NCBI GenBank assembly: GCA_016839555.1
Contig: JAEOUA010000008.1
Span: 1-64,000 of the forward strand
Direction of reading: 5' to 3'
DNA from: Promethearchaeota archaeon
GTDB taxonomy: Archaea; Asgardarchaeota; Lokiarchaeia; Sigyniarchaeales; SOKP01
DNA: 64,000 nt
Of the stretch, positions 42,164 through 52,221 are shown in pieces. The position numbers and the translations under genes are program-made. How positions within the stretch are numbered: the first letter of the stretch is position 1; every line of letters starts with the position of its first letter. Under the pieces are notes generated by a model. The model had not been told where the DNA came from. It searched no databases and saw nothing but the letters and a program-made list of their open reading frames with translations.

Positions 42164-42555
42164 TTTATTCTCAATTTATGGTTTTATTTTAATCGTGATA
42201 TTTACCTTTTTTTAATCGGAAGCTTTTTGACGAAATATATAAAAAGGCGAAAAATCACATGATAATAATCTATAGAATAAGTTTTTTACTGCATTTAAAC
42301 CCTAATAGAGCAAAAATTTTCTATAAATCTTATAACACATCAGTTTTGAAATTGAGATTATATTGTAACAAAAAATGGACTAAAGAAGTACTTTTAAGGA
42401 TAATTTTTATTTATAAAAAAAAGTATTTCTTTTGGGAGTTTAGCAATTCACAAGAGGATTTTAGAAGAAGTTAAAGGTTTAAAAGTAATATTATTTTTTT
42501 AAAAAGTTTTTATAGGTGAAATTTATTAGTGATCTAAGAAAAAAAGGTATTAGAA

Positions 42556-45129
42556 ATGTTGAGGTATAAAAAAATCGGAGTGTTATTGATATTTATCTTA
42601 ATTTTTAGTTTTTCAGCATTTATATTCCAAAGCATAGATAGAAATAGTCTCGATGATAATAAATATTTTCCATTTACCAATTCTAAGGAAAAAAGTCTTC
42701 AATCATCTGGTATTCAGCCTATTAACTTGAGTTTATTTGAAGATTGGAATTTAACAGAGCCGTTTTTTGACCGTCATAATGAAGAATTGTTGGTTATCGA
42801 AAATATTGAAGGATATAATGTAAGTTTAAATTGTGTTGTAAAAAATCTTCGAGATAGAAGTAGTGAAGAAAATTACTATCCTGAAGCCATAAGTTTAAGT
42901 TTATACCAACATAATTCAACGAATTGGACTTATATAGGAAGCTTTTCAGATATTTCAAATGGAAGTGGTTATATAAATATAGATATTTCTATTCCAAAAA
43001 ATATCTCAGGATATTTTGCGATAGGTAGCATCGTAAACGTAACATTTGATATTTTTTTTACTCTTAGTGATAATAATACTCGAGAGATTCAAGCAATTTA
43101 TCAACAAAATAGATGGACTATTAATTATAATTCTTCTTATATTATAGGGAATTATACTTCTATCATTAGTAATTTATCTTCTGCTCTTGATTTAGAACTT
43201 ATACGAGGATATGACGGTGCGAATTGGAGACCAATAATCCAATATCAATTTTTTGAAACTTTGAGCATTTTTGAAAGTTTTTCAAAATACTTAATTGAAT
43301 TTTCTGTGCAAACACTTGAAATAGCCTATAATGATTACCTTGAAGTGGGAGATGATTTAGGTCTATATATAGTTCCCAAAGTAGACGGGAATCTCTCTGT
43401 GACTTTTTTAGGTGTTAATAACGAAGTTCTAATAAATAATACTCAAATCGTTACAAAGAACAAGATGATTAATTATTCTTGGCAGATGAATGCATCCAAT
43501 CCCGGAGGTATTGGTGAATTAAGTATTGAATTCAAAGGTGAAACCATGTTTAATGTATCATACATAAATTCTCAGATTGAGTTTCATAAACAATCAAAAA
43601 TAGAAATTGCGGGATTAATTGTTGGTGATGACTTTACAAATACAACTCAGGCTTTAGAAACTATCGGTTTAGTAGCAATTTTTACGGATCTTTATAATGA
43701 TTCAGTTATACCAAATGCCACTTTAGAATATAATATTGGTAACTTTTCTGGCGAAATGGATTATATTTATCTAGCAGATTATAGTGGTAATCCAGATGAA
43801 GATTTCTATATATATTTGGAAATTATTGATTTATCTGAACTGAGACTAAAACCAGGAAATTATACTGTTGAAATAATAGCATCTAAAATTGGATATGATA
43901 ATGATACTTATCAACTACCCTTAGAAATTACGAGAGTTTATTGTAATATTTCTACTCCCTTATTATTAAACAATCATATTGATATTTTTATCAATGAACC
44001 ATTTGAATTAGACTTAGATTTATTATATGAGGCATGGACAGATGCCTGGATTAATATTCAAGAGCCAGTAAATTTAACTTTTACAATCTATACTTCAAAT
44101 TGGGAGGAAATAGGAAGTTTACCGACACTAGATACTCAATATGCAGATCCTGAGATAAAAGGGGTAATTGAATCTGGTGATGCTTATCCCGGCGATTACT
44201 TTATTGAAGTGGCTGTTGAATCTCCCTTTTATTATGGAAGAAAAAATATTTCACTCACTATAAAAAACCAGTTAAGTATATTTCTCATAGCACCACCGAA
44301 TATTGCTCATCCAGATGTTATCAATTTGAATTGGATAAGTGATGGATTGTTCTTTGGAGATACAAGAGGGCTTGTATTAATTCTTATAGATGGTAAGCCA
44401 TATGGTATTCAGCCCTTATTGCCGCTTTCTTCTCTTCAAATAGATTCCAATGATCTATCTGCTGGACAACATGTAATACAGGTTTTGATTCAATCAGATT
44501 ATTATATAGGTCAGACTATTCGAACTATTAATATAGAATTATCCTTTTGGGAACAATATGGGATCATTATTCTTACTGTAATTGGAATAATAGCAATAGC
44601 GCTTTTGGTTTTGGCGGGATACCAACGAAGGAAGAAAAAACTCAAACAAAAAGAATGGGCCTCTTTAGGTGCGATGATGGCAATAAAAGACGGTATGAAT
44701 ATGTTTACAATTAAGCGTTCAAAAAAATCAAAATATTCATACGAATTGAGCGCCGATGAAGATTTATTTACTGGAATGATTGAAGCTATCAAAAATTTCG
44801 CAAAAGAGATTAATTTAAGTTCTGGAGATACCACCAGATTTCAAGGTGATCAAGGCATGATAACAATAATACCTGAAAATGAGCGAAGATTTAATTTAGT
44901 TTTTCTCAGCCAAGATGAACTTAAACATATTGAATCTGATTTGAGGTCAATATTTGTACAGAGTTTAAGAAGATATTATGATGCTCATATTGGTGATTGG
45001 AAGGGCGATTTAAGTTTATTTAAAATTTATCTAAATAAAGCACAGCGATTAATTAATTCTGATTCTATAGCGAAAGCAAAGAAAAGGGGTAAAAAAGAAA
45101 AGGTCTATGATTATGAAATGCAAACTTAA
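42556..45129 (+). CDS. Single-pass membrane protein with a large extracellular Ig-like region and cytoplasmic longin-like domain
   Basis: N-terminal signal/anchor, many N-x-S/T sequons, TM YGIIILTVIGIIAIALLVLAGY + RRKKK, then DEDLFTGMIEAIKNFAKEI. Confidence 0.7.
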   Translation: MLRYKKIGVLLIFILIFSFSAFIFQSIDRNSLDDNKYFPFTNSKEKSLQSSGIQPINLSLFEDWNLTEPFFDRHNEELLVIENIEGYNVSLNCVVKNLRDRSSEENYYPEAISLSLYQHNSTNWTYIGSFSDISNGSGYINIDISIPKNISGYFAIGSIVNVTFDIFFTLSDNNTREIQAIYQQNRWTINYNSSYIIGNYTSIISNLSSALDLELIRGYDGANWRPIIQYQFFETLSIFESFSKYLIEFSVQTLEIAYNDYLEVGDDLGLYIVPKVDGNLSVTFLGVNNEVLINNTQIVTKNKMINYSWQMNASNPGGIGELSIEFKGETMFNVSYINSQIEFHKQSKIEIAGLIVGDDFTNTTQALETIGLVAIFTDLYNDSVIPNATLEYNIGNFSGEMDYIYLADYSGNPDEDFYIYLEIIDLSELRLKPGNYTVEIIASKIGYDNDTYQLPLEITRVYCNISTPLLLNNHIDIFINEPFELDLDLLYEAWTDAWINIQEPVNLTFTIYTSNWEEIGSLPTLDTQYADPEIKGVIESGDAYPGDYFIEVAVESPFYYGRKNISLTIKNQLSIFLIAPPNIAHPDVINLNWISDGLFFGDTRGLVLILIDGKPYGIQPLLPLSSLQIDSNDLSAGQHVIQVLIQSDYYIGQTIRTINIELSFWEQYGIIILTVIGIIAIALLVLAGYQRRKKKLKQKEWASLGAMMAIKDGMNMFTIKRSKKSKYSYELSADEDLFTGMIEAIKNFAKEINLSSGDTTRFQGDQGMITIIPENERRFNLVFLSQDELKHIESDLRSIFVQSLRRYYDAHIGDWKGDLSLFKIYLNKAQRLINSDSIAKAKKRGKKEKVYDYEMQT

Positions 45130-45261
45130 AATTTATAATTTTTTTTTTTGCATCTTTTTTTTATTCCACCTTCTAATAAATATTTTAAATTAAAGGAATA
45201 ATATATCAATATAATTTAATTTTGAAAAGATTTAATATTTAATAAGAATAGGATTGTTAAT

Positions 45262-45681
45262 ATGAGTTTAAATTATAAGGATCATGCTCCTTGTGGTATT
45301 TATTGTAAAATGTGTCCTGGTGTACAAGTTTATGGATGTAAAGGTTGTAGGGTAGAAAAGGGACAAATCAAGGATTTTCCAGTTTGTAAAACCTATGAAT
45401 GCGTGAAAAATAAAAGCCATACATTTTGTGTTGAATGCGGAGATTTTCCTTGCGAAAAACTGCAGCCAATTGTCAATTTCGAGATTTTTGTTCCTCACAA
45501 TTCAAAAATCTATAATCTTTTGATGATAAAGAAGTTGGGGATCGAGAAATGGAATGAAATATGCGAAGAAAAAACCATTTTATATTATCATGGGAAGAAA
45601 GTAAAATATGGAGGAGATCCTCTTACACTAGAAGAAAAAGATAAAAATTTGTATAAAAAGAAAGAAAATAAGGAAAAATAA
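45262..45681 (+). CDS. DUF3795 family Cys-rich protein
   Basis: APCGIYCKMC, CKGC, CKTYEC, FCVECGDFPC. Confidence 0.85.
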   Translation: MSLNYKDHAPCGIYCKMCPGVQVYGCKGCRVEKGQIKDFPVCKTYECVKNKSHTFCVECGDFPCEKLQPIVNFEIFVPHNSKIYNLLMIKKLGIEKWNEICEEKTILYYHGKKVKYGGDPLTLEEKDKNLYKKKENKEK

Positions 45682-45747
45682 TTCTTTTTATTTATTATAT
45701 TCTTTTGATAATTTCATTAAAGATCGTTTCTTTTAAATTTTCGACAA

Positions 45748-48700
45748 TTAAGTATATTTGTGTGAACGTCCTCTGTAAAAATATGAAATATTTTCTGCAA
45801 TAATTTTTATAAGTTCGTCTTGCTGGGTGATAGAACAAACCATTTCATTAGGATTTTCCGTCATAGGCCCATAAAAAGCCTCCTCTTGGTCTCGATTAGC
45901 TGCAACCACTGATACATCCATCTCAGTTATAACACGTATATCTATATTAGCTTTTTCAATTAATTTATCTGCTATTTGTCTATCAATTTGAGGGGAAGCA
46001 ATAGTTACCTTCTGACTAATTTTAGTCGCCATAATAGTATCCACCGGTAATATATTCATATCTGGAACTATTATAAAAATAAGTAATTTTGTTCTTTTTA
46101 TCATCGCATCTAAATAAGCCTTAATACTATTTTGAGAAACAATTTGCCAAGTACCTTCTGCTTGAAGTATTTCCATGGTTTTCACATCCTCCCATACTTC
46201 TGCGAGAATATTTTTAAGGTCAGTTGCAGCAACTATAACATTATCAATAGGATCTGTAACTCCCTTAACAGCTTTGTCGAAAGATTCTAACATATCTTTT
46301 ATAAGTTTATCAAGATTATTCATTGACTCTTTACCAACTTTATTTGTTGCCTCTATAAAGCTCCTATCAATTTCTCTAACTTCATTTATAAGCGCTCCCT
46401 TCAATTCCTCTATAGAAGAGATGAAACTTTCAACTGCTTTCCCCATAATTTCAAAATATATTTTCTGAAGTGCATTAAGATTATCATTAATTTTAGTTTG
46501 GGTCGAATCTGCTGTAGCATTTGATTTGTCAATAAGATTATTTGAGAAATCAATAAGGTTTTTTGTGAAATTTGAATAATAATTTGTAGTTTTTCTAGCG
46601 CCCTCTTCAAAAATATTCGATATTTGTGTTTGCAATTCATTGATTTTTGTAGATATGTCGGTAATAGCATTTTCAACATCGGTTGTAAGTTTTTCATTAA
46701 AATTTCTGGCTAAATTATTGAATTCATTATTTAATTTGGAAATACTTGCTTTAACAGCTTCATTTGAACCTTTGATTGTTGTGTCTATATTTCTTTTAGT
46801 ATCGTTAAAAGTTCCCTCAATTCCCATCTCAATTTCAGATAAATCAGTATCTAATTGGCTTGAAAAATTAGAGATGCTATTGGAAAGTGAATCTGCAATT
46901 TTTTTTAATGTGCTTTCCTGTAACGATTTTAGTTTGTGATTAAATTCTGTTGATTTGCTCTCAATCTCTTGTTTAATAGAATTTAGATTTACCGAGGAGA
47001 TATTCTTTACTTTTTCAATTTCCGATGTGAAGCTTGCTGAAAACTCCTCAATCTTAATATCAAATTCATCCTTAATAGATCCAAATTTATTCTGGTTTGC
47101 CATATTATATTCTTTATACTTTTCTTTAATATAATCAATAATTGACTGAGTTGTAGTAGCAAATAGTTCTTTGGTCTCTAGAAAAATTGGTTTACCTAAT
47201 TCCGAGATCTTTCTCTTATGTTCGCTAATTCTATTGTTAAGATTCTGTTTTTGCTCAATTAAACTTGAATTTAGATTATTTATTTGCTTATCAAAAGTAC
47301 CTTTTATTTCTGCTGTTTGTTGAGTAAGAAAGTTATTAATTATAGCCTTTTTTTCTTCTAAATTTAATTGACTTTCCAAATTATTCTTAATAGTTTCAAA
47401 CTTGGTTTTTGTTCCATCTTCATATTCTTTAAACTTTTGTTTAATAAAATCAGTAGCAGATTGAATATTAGTACTAAATTGTTCTTTAATTTCTGTAAAG
47501 AGGGGTGTGGCAAACTCGGAAGCCAATTTCTTCTGCCCATCAATTTTATCATTGAATTTCTCTTTTTGTTTTAATAAACCGGTTCCCAGCGAATTAAATT
47601 GTTCATTAAAGGTATTTTTTATATCAGCTAGTTTTTTTGTAAAAAAAGCTTCAAGTCCAATTCTTTTTTCTTTTAAATTAGGTTCAGCCTTTAATTTTTT
47701 ATTAATTTTTTCAAATTGATCTTTTATTCCATCTTCATATTGTTTAAATTTTTGCTTAATAAAGTCAGTAGTAGATTGTATATTATTAGCAAACTGTTCT
47801 TTTATATCTTTAAATATTGGTGCTCCAAAATCAGAAGCCTTTTTCATTTGTTCGTTAATTTTACTATTAAAATTCTTTTTTTGGGTGATTAAAACCGAAT
47901 CCAAATCATTGATTTGAGCGGTAAAACTATTCTTTAGATCAGTTAAGGTTTGCGTGAAATATGTATGTAGATTTGATTTTTGCTCCTTAAGATCTAACTG
48001 AGTTTCTAACTTGTTTTTAATAGTTTCAAATTGGTTTTTTGTTCTATCTTCATATTCTTTAAATTTCTGCGTAATAAAATTAATAGCAGATTGAAATTCA
48101 GTAGTAAATAATTCTATAGTTTCTTTAAAGAATAAATCTAAAAAATTAGAGAATTTTTCTTTCTTTTCTTCAATTTTACCATCAAAGATCTCCTTTTGTT
48201 CATTAAGATCAGAATTAAGTATATTTATTTGCTCATCGAAAATACTTTTTAAATCTACTAATTTTTGTGAGAAATACGCATCAAGACTATTTCTTTGTTC
48301 CTTTAGAGTAGTTTCTAAAGAGGATTTTCCTTCATCTAAGTCTATTAATAAGGTATTTTGAAGTTCTAGTAAATTATTTGCGGTTTGTTCGCTAAGATTA
48401 GAGAGTTCTTCAAAAAAATTTTCGCGGTTTAAGGTTATAGTATTATCGAATTCTGTTTTTAATATTTCCATTTGAGAATCTATATTTTTTTTAAGAGAAT
48501 TAGAATTTTCTAAATTTTTTGTTTTTAGATTACTTAAAGATTTATCAAGATTAGTGTTTGTTGAATTAGATAAATTATCCAATTCAGTAAATGTTTCTGT
48601 ACTCCAATTTTTTAATTGTTCCATCGTTTTCTCTTGCTGTGATTTATTTTCAGCAATAGCTTTATCTTTAGCATTATTTAATGTGGTTGAAAATTGATTT

Positions 48701-49398
48701 TTTGCTTTGTTGAATAAATTTTCCACGGCTTTATCCAATCCTTCAAAATCTTTAATAATAGAATCTTTAGTTTCATTTGCGTTGATGTTTGAATCTTCTC
48801 TAAATTTCCCTATAGAAGATTCGTTTTCTTTCTTAAAATTCATAATATTAGTTTCTACGCTGTTTTTTGTTGAAGTAATTGATTCTTCTACCTTCCGCTC
48901 GCCTTCATTTAATGCTGCTTTATGCTCAGAAGTAGATTTTTGCATTGCCTCTGTAATATTATCATCTGCTTTTTTAATACTTTCTTTAATAGCAGCCTTT
49001 TCATTCTCAATAACAGTCTCAATATTACTGCGGACTTCTAAAAATTCATTCTTAGTTTCAGTTTTTAGTTTTTGCAAAGAAATCTTAATTTTCTCTTTCT
49101 CATCTTCCATTTTACTATTAAAATCTTCTAAATGTTTTATAAATCCTTCGAATGGTGGAACACTTATATAAACATCAACAAGTCCACCAGCTTTTTGGTA
49201 CTTTTGAGCAAGCCCTTTAACAACCAAACCCTCTAAAACTTCTTTAATTTTCTCATAATTAGTTTCTTGATCAATTTTAGTATAGATACAGACTTCTCCC
49301 ACTGTAAGTTTACTTTTAATCAGTAGCAACTCATAACAGAGTGCTTCTATATCATTTAAACCTAATTTCTCTTGGGCTATTGTTTTAAATCTTTGCAT
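45748..49398 (-). CDS. TrmB-like HTH + very long helical/coiled-coil region + TrmB-effector-like C-terminal domain
   Basis: LGLNDIEALCYELLL..LTVGEV..VLEGLVVKGL..YISVPP; C-terminal SIKAYLDAMIKRTKLLIFIIVP. Confidence 0.75.
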   Translation of the reverse strand: MQRFKTIAQEKLGLNDIEALCYELLLIKSKLTVGEVCIYTKIDQETNYEKIKEVLEGLVVKGLAQKYQKAGGLVDVYISVPPFEGFIKHLEDFNSKMEDEKEKIKISLQKLKTETKNEFLEVRSNIETVIENEKAAIKESIKKADDNITEAMQKSTSEHKAALNEGERKVEESITSTKNSVETNIMNFKKENESSIGKFREDSNINANETKDSIIKDFEGLDKAVENLFNKAKNQFSTTLNNAKDKAIAENKSQQEKTMEQLKNWSTETFTELDNLSNSTNTNLDKSLSNLKTKNLENSNSLKKNIDSQMEILKTEFDNTITLNRENFFEELSNLSEQTANNLLELQNTLLIDLDEGKSSLETTLKEQRNSLDAYFSQKLVDLKSIFDEQINILNSDLNEQKEIFDGKIEEKKEKFSNFLDLFFKETIELFTTEFQSAINFITQKFKEYEDRTKNQFETIKNKLETQLDLKEQKSNLHTYFTQTLTDLKNSFTAQINDLDSVLITQKKNFNSKINEQMKKASDFGAPIFKDIKEQFANNIQSTTDFIKQKFKQYEDGIKDQFEKINKKLKAEPNLKEKRIGLEAFFTKKLADIKNTFNEQFNSLGTGLLKQKEKFNDKIDGQKKLASEFATPLFTEIKEQFSTNIQSATDFIKQKFKEYEDGTKTKFETIKNNLESQLNLEEKKAIINNFLTQQTAEIKGTFDKQINNLNSSLIEQKQNLNNRISEHKRKISELGKPIFLETKELFATTTQSIIDYIKEKYKEYNMANQNKFGSIKDEFDIKIEEFSASFTSEIEKVKNISSVNLNSIKQEIESKSTEFNHKLKSLQESTLKKIADSLSNSISNFSSQLDTDLSEIEMGIEGTFNDTKRNIDTTIKGSNEAVKASISKLNNEFNNLARNFNEKLTTDVENAITDISTKINELQTQISNIFEEGARKTTNYYSNFTKNLIDFSNNLIDKSNATADSTQTKINDNLNALQKIYFEIMGKAVESFISSIEELKGALINEVREIDRSFIEATNKVGKESMNNLDKLIKDMLESFDKAVKGVTDPIDNVIVAATDLKNILAEVWEDVKTMEILQAEGTWQIVSQNSIKAYLDAMIKRTKLLIFIIVPDMNILPVDTIMATKISQKVTIASPQIDRQIADKLIEKANIDIRVITEMDVSVVAANRDQEEAFYGPMTENPNEMVCSITQQDELIKIIAENISYFYRGRSHKYT
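47026..48285 (-). repeat. Four tandem ~315-bp (105-aa) intragenic repeats
   Basis: CATATT anchor (KFK(E/Q)YED) recurs at 47421, 47736 and 48051, exactly 315 bp apart; a fourth diverged copy KYKEYNM follows. Confidence 0.85.
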
Positions 49399-49541
49399 AA
49401 GTTAATTAGAGCGGGAGAATTTTTAAATCTTTATTAAAAAGTTTGAGATTTCTGATATAAAAATTTAAACAGGTTTTTTATACAGAAATAAATTGTAATT
49501 AGAATGAAATATGTGAAGAAATATTTCTACTTAATCCTCTA

Positions 49542-50297
49542 TCATTTTATCCAGCAATCTAAGGTAGTGTTCTTGGAATTATTTGCTAAATTTCGCTTCG
49601 GTTTTAGAGGTATCCATTTTAATTCTCGCTTCTCTGGTAAAGAGGGATGTTGGACCAAAGTATACTCTACAAAGCGTTCTTCATTTTTAATCATCACCAA
49701 CACATTTCCAAAATGCGAGAGAATTTTTCCTCCTGCTGGTCTAAACTGGGAATATTTATGTAATGTTGCCGTTATCACAATTAAGGGATTCGTGTTAGAA
49801 AGAATAGTTTTTATTCCGCTAATAGCTCGCAATAAGTCCTCAAATGTCTGTTTTTCATAGCTCTGAAATAATTTAGTTATGCCAGAGATGAGAACTACTT
49901 TTATATCTTCCAGTTTCGCAAGTCGATTTTCCAGAAGTTCGACCATCTGATCCCAAGTAAATGCTCGTGCGATGAGAATATTTTCTAACACTTTGCGGGG
50001 GGATAATCGCTTTAACACCGCAAATTTGCTCACATCATAAGGATTAAATCGATTATTACCATCAATAAACGCAACTCTAATCCCATCTCCTAATCCTCCA
50101 TTAGAAAAAGCCTTTTGAACAATCACAGAAGTAGTTAATAAAATAGTGGTGGTTTTTTTTTCATCGCCATAAAGTAAATAAATGAGATTTTGCTGAAATC
50201 CGCCATTTAAAAGCTTATCGAGCGTTGGATCGCCGCTTGAAATCACATTATGCCGATTATTCTTCTTATAAACTCTAAATCCCGAATCAAACTCCAT
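49542..50297 (-). CDS. RadA/RecA-like protein with degenerate Walker A (PolB2-cassette type)
   Basis: ISSGDPTLDKLLNGG, LYGDEKKTT (no GKT), FIDGNNRFNPY, NILIARAFT, PAGGKILSH. Confidence 0.85.
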   Translation of the reverse strand: MEFDSGFRVYKKNNRHNVISSGDPTLDKLLNGGFQQNLIYLLYGDEKKTTTILLTTSVIVQKAFSNGGLGDGIRVAFIDGNNRFNPYDVSKFAVLKRLSPRKVLENILIARAFTWDQMVELLENRLAKLEDIKVVLISGITKLFQSYEKQTFEDLLRAISGIKTILSNTNPLIVITATLHKYSQFRPAGGKILSHFGNVLVMIKNEERFVEYTLVQHPSLPEKRELKWIPLKPKRNLANNSKNTTLDCWIK

Positions 50298-50621
50298 AAC
50301 TAAAATTAATGAGAAAGGAAACTAAAGGTGGATCGGGGCGACAATTTTTTAAAATCCTCCCTTTTAAATGGAGAGAATAGCTTAACTTATAAATAATATA
50401 AAGGGTGTTTTCTTTAGATGTAAAGGGGTTATATGGGGACAGAGAGAGGTAATTAAAAGTAGAAGTAGATTAGAAAACATAAATCTGAATTAGGCTGACT
50501 CGACAAAAATATTTCTGCCAGTGGCTGGATTAAACAGAAATTATAATTGCTAAAAGCAAAATATAGTTAAAAATTAATTTATCAATAAAAAGAATTAGTC
50601 TTATTAAAAATAATTAATAAG

Positions 50622-50861
50622 TTAATCAATCAGTATCGCTTCCTTTTTACATTGAGTTGTACAAATATGACATTTAATACAAAAGTCTTCTCTTTCTTTC
50701 ACGACCGTGCATTTTGGAATCGATTGCTTGTTAACTACTTTATATACACCACGGAAACACGCCTCTTCACATGAAAAATCCTCACAATTTTTACATTTTT
50801 CAGTATCAATATGATGAAACCTATAATGTTCAATATTTGCTTGTTTGTTTACTTCGGTCAT
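50622..50861 (-). CDS. Ferredoxin-like protein
   Basis: CKNCEDFSCEEAC and CIKCHICTTQC. Confidence 0.85.
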   Translation of the reverse strand: MTEVNKQANIEHYRFHHIDTEKCKNCEDFSCEEACFRGVYKVVNKQSIPKCTVVKEREDFCIKCHICTTQCKKEAILID

Positions 50862-51013
50862 TCATAATAAGAAAGCTATAAGAATAATTTATCAATTTTG
50901 GTTATAATATATAAAAAAACTAAACAATAGCACATTTTCAATCTTTAAAAATCAGAAAAATATTTATATTAGAAAAGATCAATGATGATTAGAAATAAAT
51001 AAAGTTTGAAAAA

Positions 51014-52189
51014 ATGAATAGCCCAGAGAGAGTTTTCAAAGCTTTAAATTTAGAAGAACCTGATAGAGTTCCTATTCATTTACTTTATATTGATGCGAAC
51101 AATGTTGATAAAATATTGGGAAAACCTCAAATGTCGGATTTTGATTTGGTAGATCAAATAAAAGAAAATAATCCTGACAATTGGACCGAGGAATTAACTA
51201 ATTTAGTAGAAAGCGTAGAGACCTCAGTATTTTCCCGAACTGTAGAAGCTGCGATCCAAATTGGACTTGATATAATGCAAGTTGGAATAATTCCATTCTA
51301 TTTTATTGAGGATCCTAATGATCCACGATTATTAATGAATGATATTTTTGGGAGAGTGTGGGAGGCGCGAAACAATGAAGGTAATTTTAATCCTTATTAT
51401 TTATATGGAACAACGAATTCCAAGGAAAAATGGGAAAAAATTAAATCTGATCTTCAAGGACCATTAAAGAAAAAATATAAAACATTTTCTAAAAAATTCT
51501 ATAGACGAATAAATAAGAAATACAAAGATGAAATTTGTGTGGCTGTAACTAATGATCTAGCTGGAGTTTTCGAAAGTGCTTCTCAAGGTATGGGCATGAC
51601 TTATTATGCTAAAATGCTACATAAAAATCCAGAATTTATTAAAGAGGTTCATGATGTTATTGCAGAATTTACTGCAGAATTATATAAAAGTTATATGGAT
51701 GTAGGAGCGGAAGTTTTTGTGGAATCAGGTGATTTAGCTTATAAAACGGGGCCGATGATGAGCCCTCAAAAATTTTATGAAACCTTATTACCAGCATATC
51801 AGTTAATTACAGAGACAGTCCATGAAAGAGGAGGCAAAATTATTTTGCACACAGATGGCCAAGTAACTCCCCTTTTAGATTTTGTTGTTGATTGTGGCTT
51901 TGATGGATTACATAGTCTTGAACCAACTGCTAATGTTGACATAGCGGAAGTAAAAAAGAAAGTCGGAGATAAATTATGTCTTATAGGGAATATTGATGTT
52001 TCTTATATTCTCGTAGAAGGGTCAAGAAAAGAAGTTTTTGATGCCGTTAAAAATGCAATAAAAATTGCGGCGCCAGGGGGAGGATATATTATATCCGCTG
52101 CAAATATGCATCCAACTGTGAAAGTGGAAAATATAAAGTGGTTAATTGAAGCTACCAAAAAATATGGTAATTATCCTATTTCCTTATAA
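51014..52189 (+). CDS. Uroporphyrinogen decarboxylase superfamily protein (MtaA/CmuA-like)
   Basis: ERVFKALNLEEPDRVP, GDLAYKTGPMMSP, LHTDG, CLIGNID, APGGGYI. Confidence 0.85.
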   Translation: MNSPERVFKALNLEEPDRVPIHLLYIDANNVDKILGKPQMSDFDLVDQIKENNPDNWTEELTNLVESVETSVFSRTVEAAIQIGLDIMQVGIIPFYFIEDPNDPRLLMNDIFGRVWEARNNEGNFNPYYLYGTTNSKEKWEKIKSDLQGPLKKKYKTFSKKFYRRINKKYKDEICVAVTNDLAGVFESASQGMGMTYYAKMLHKNPEFIKEVHDVIAEFTAELYKSYMDVGAEVFVESGDLAYKTGPMMSPQKFYETLLPAYQLITETVHERGGKIILHTDGQVTPLLDFVVDCGFDGLHSLEPTANVDIAEVKKKVGDKLCLIGNIDVSYILVEGSRKEVFDAVKNAIKIAAPGGGYIISAANMHPTVKVENIKWLIEATKKYGNYPISL

Positions 52190-52221
52190 CGTCGAATTTA
52201 AGTATATAGGATTTTTAAAGG

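Noticed and set aside
50300-50620. Purine-skewed intergenic region upstream of the RadA-like gene as a possible ncRNA
   Set aside because: Only short, weak hairpins could be drawn; no recognisable family
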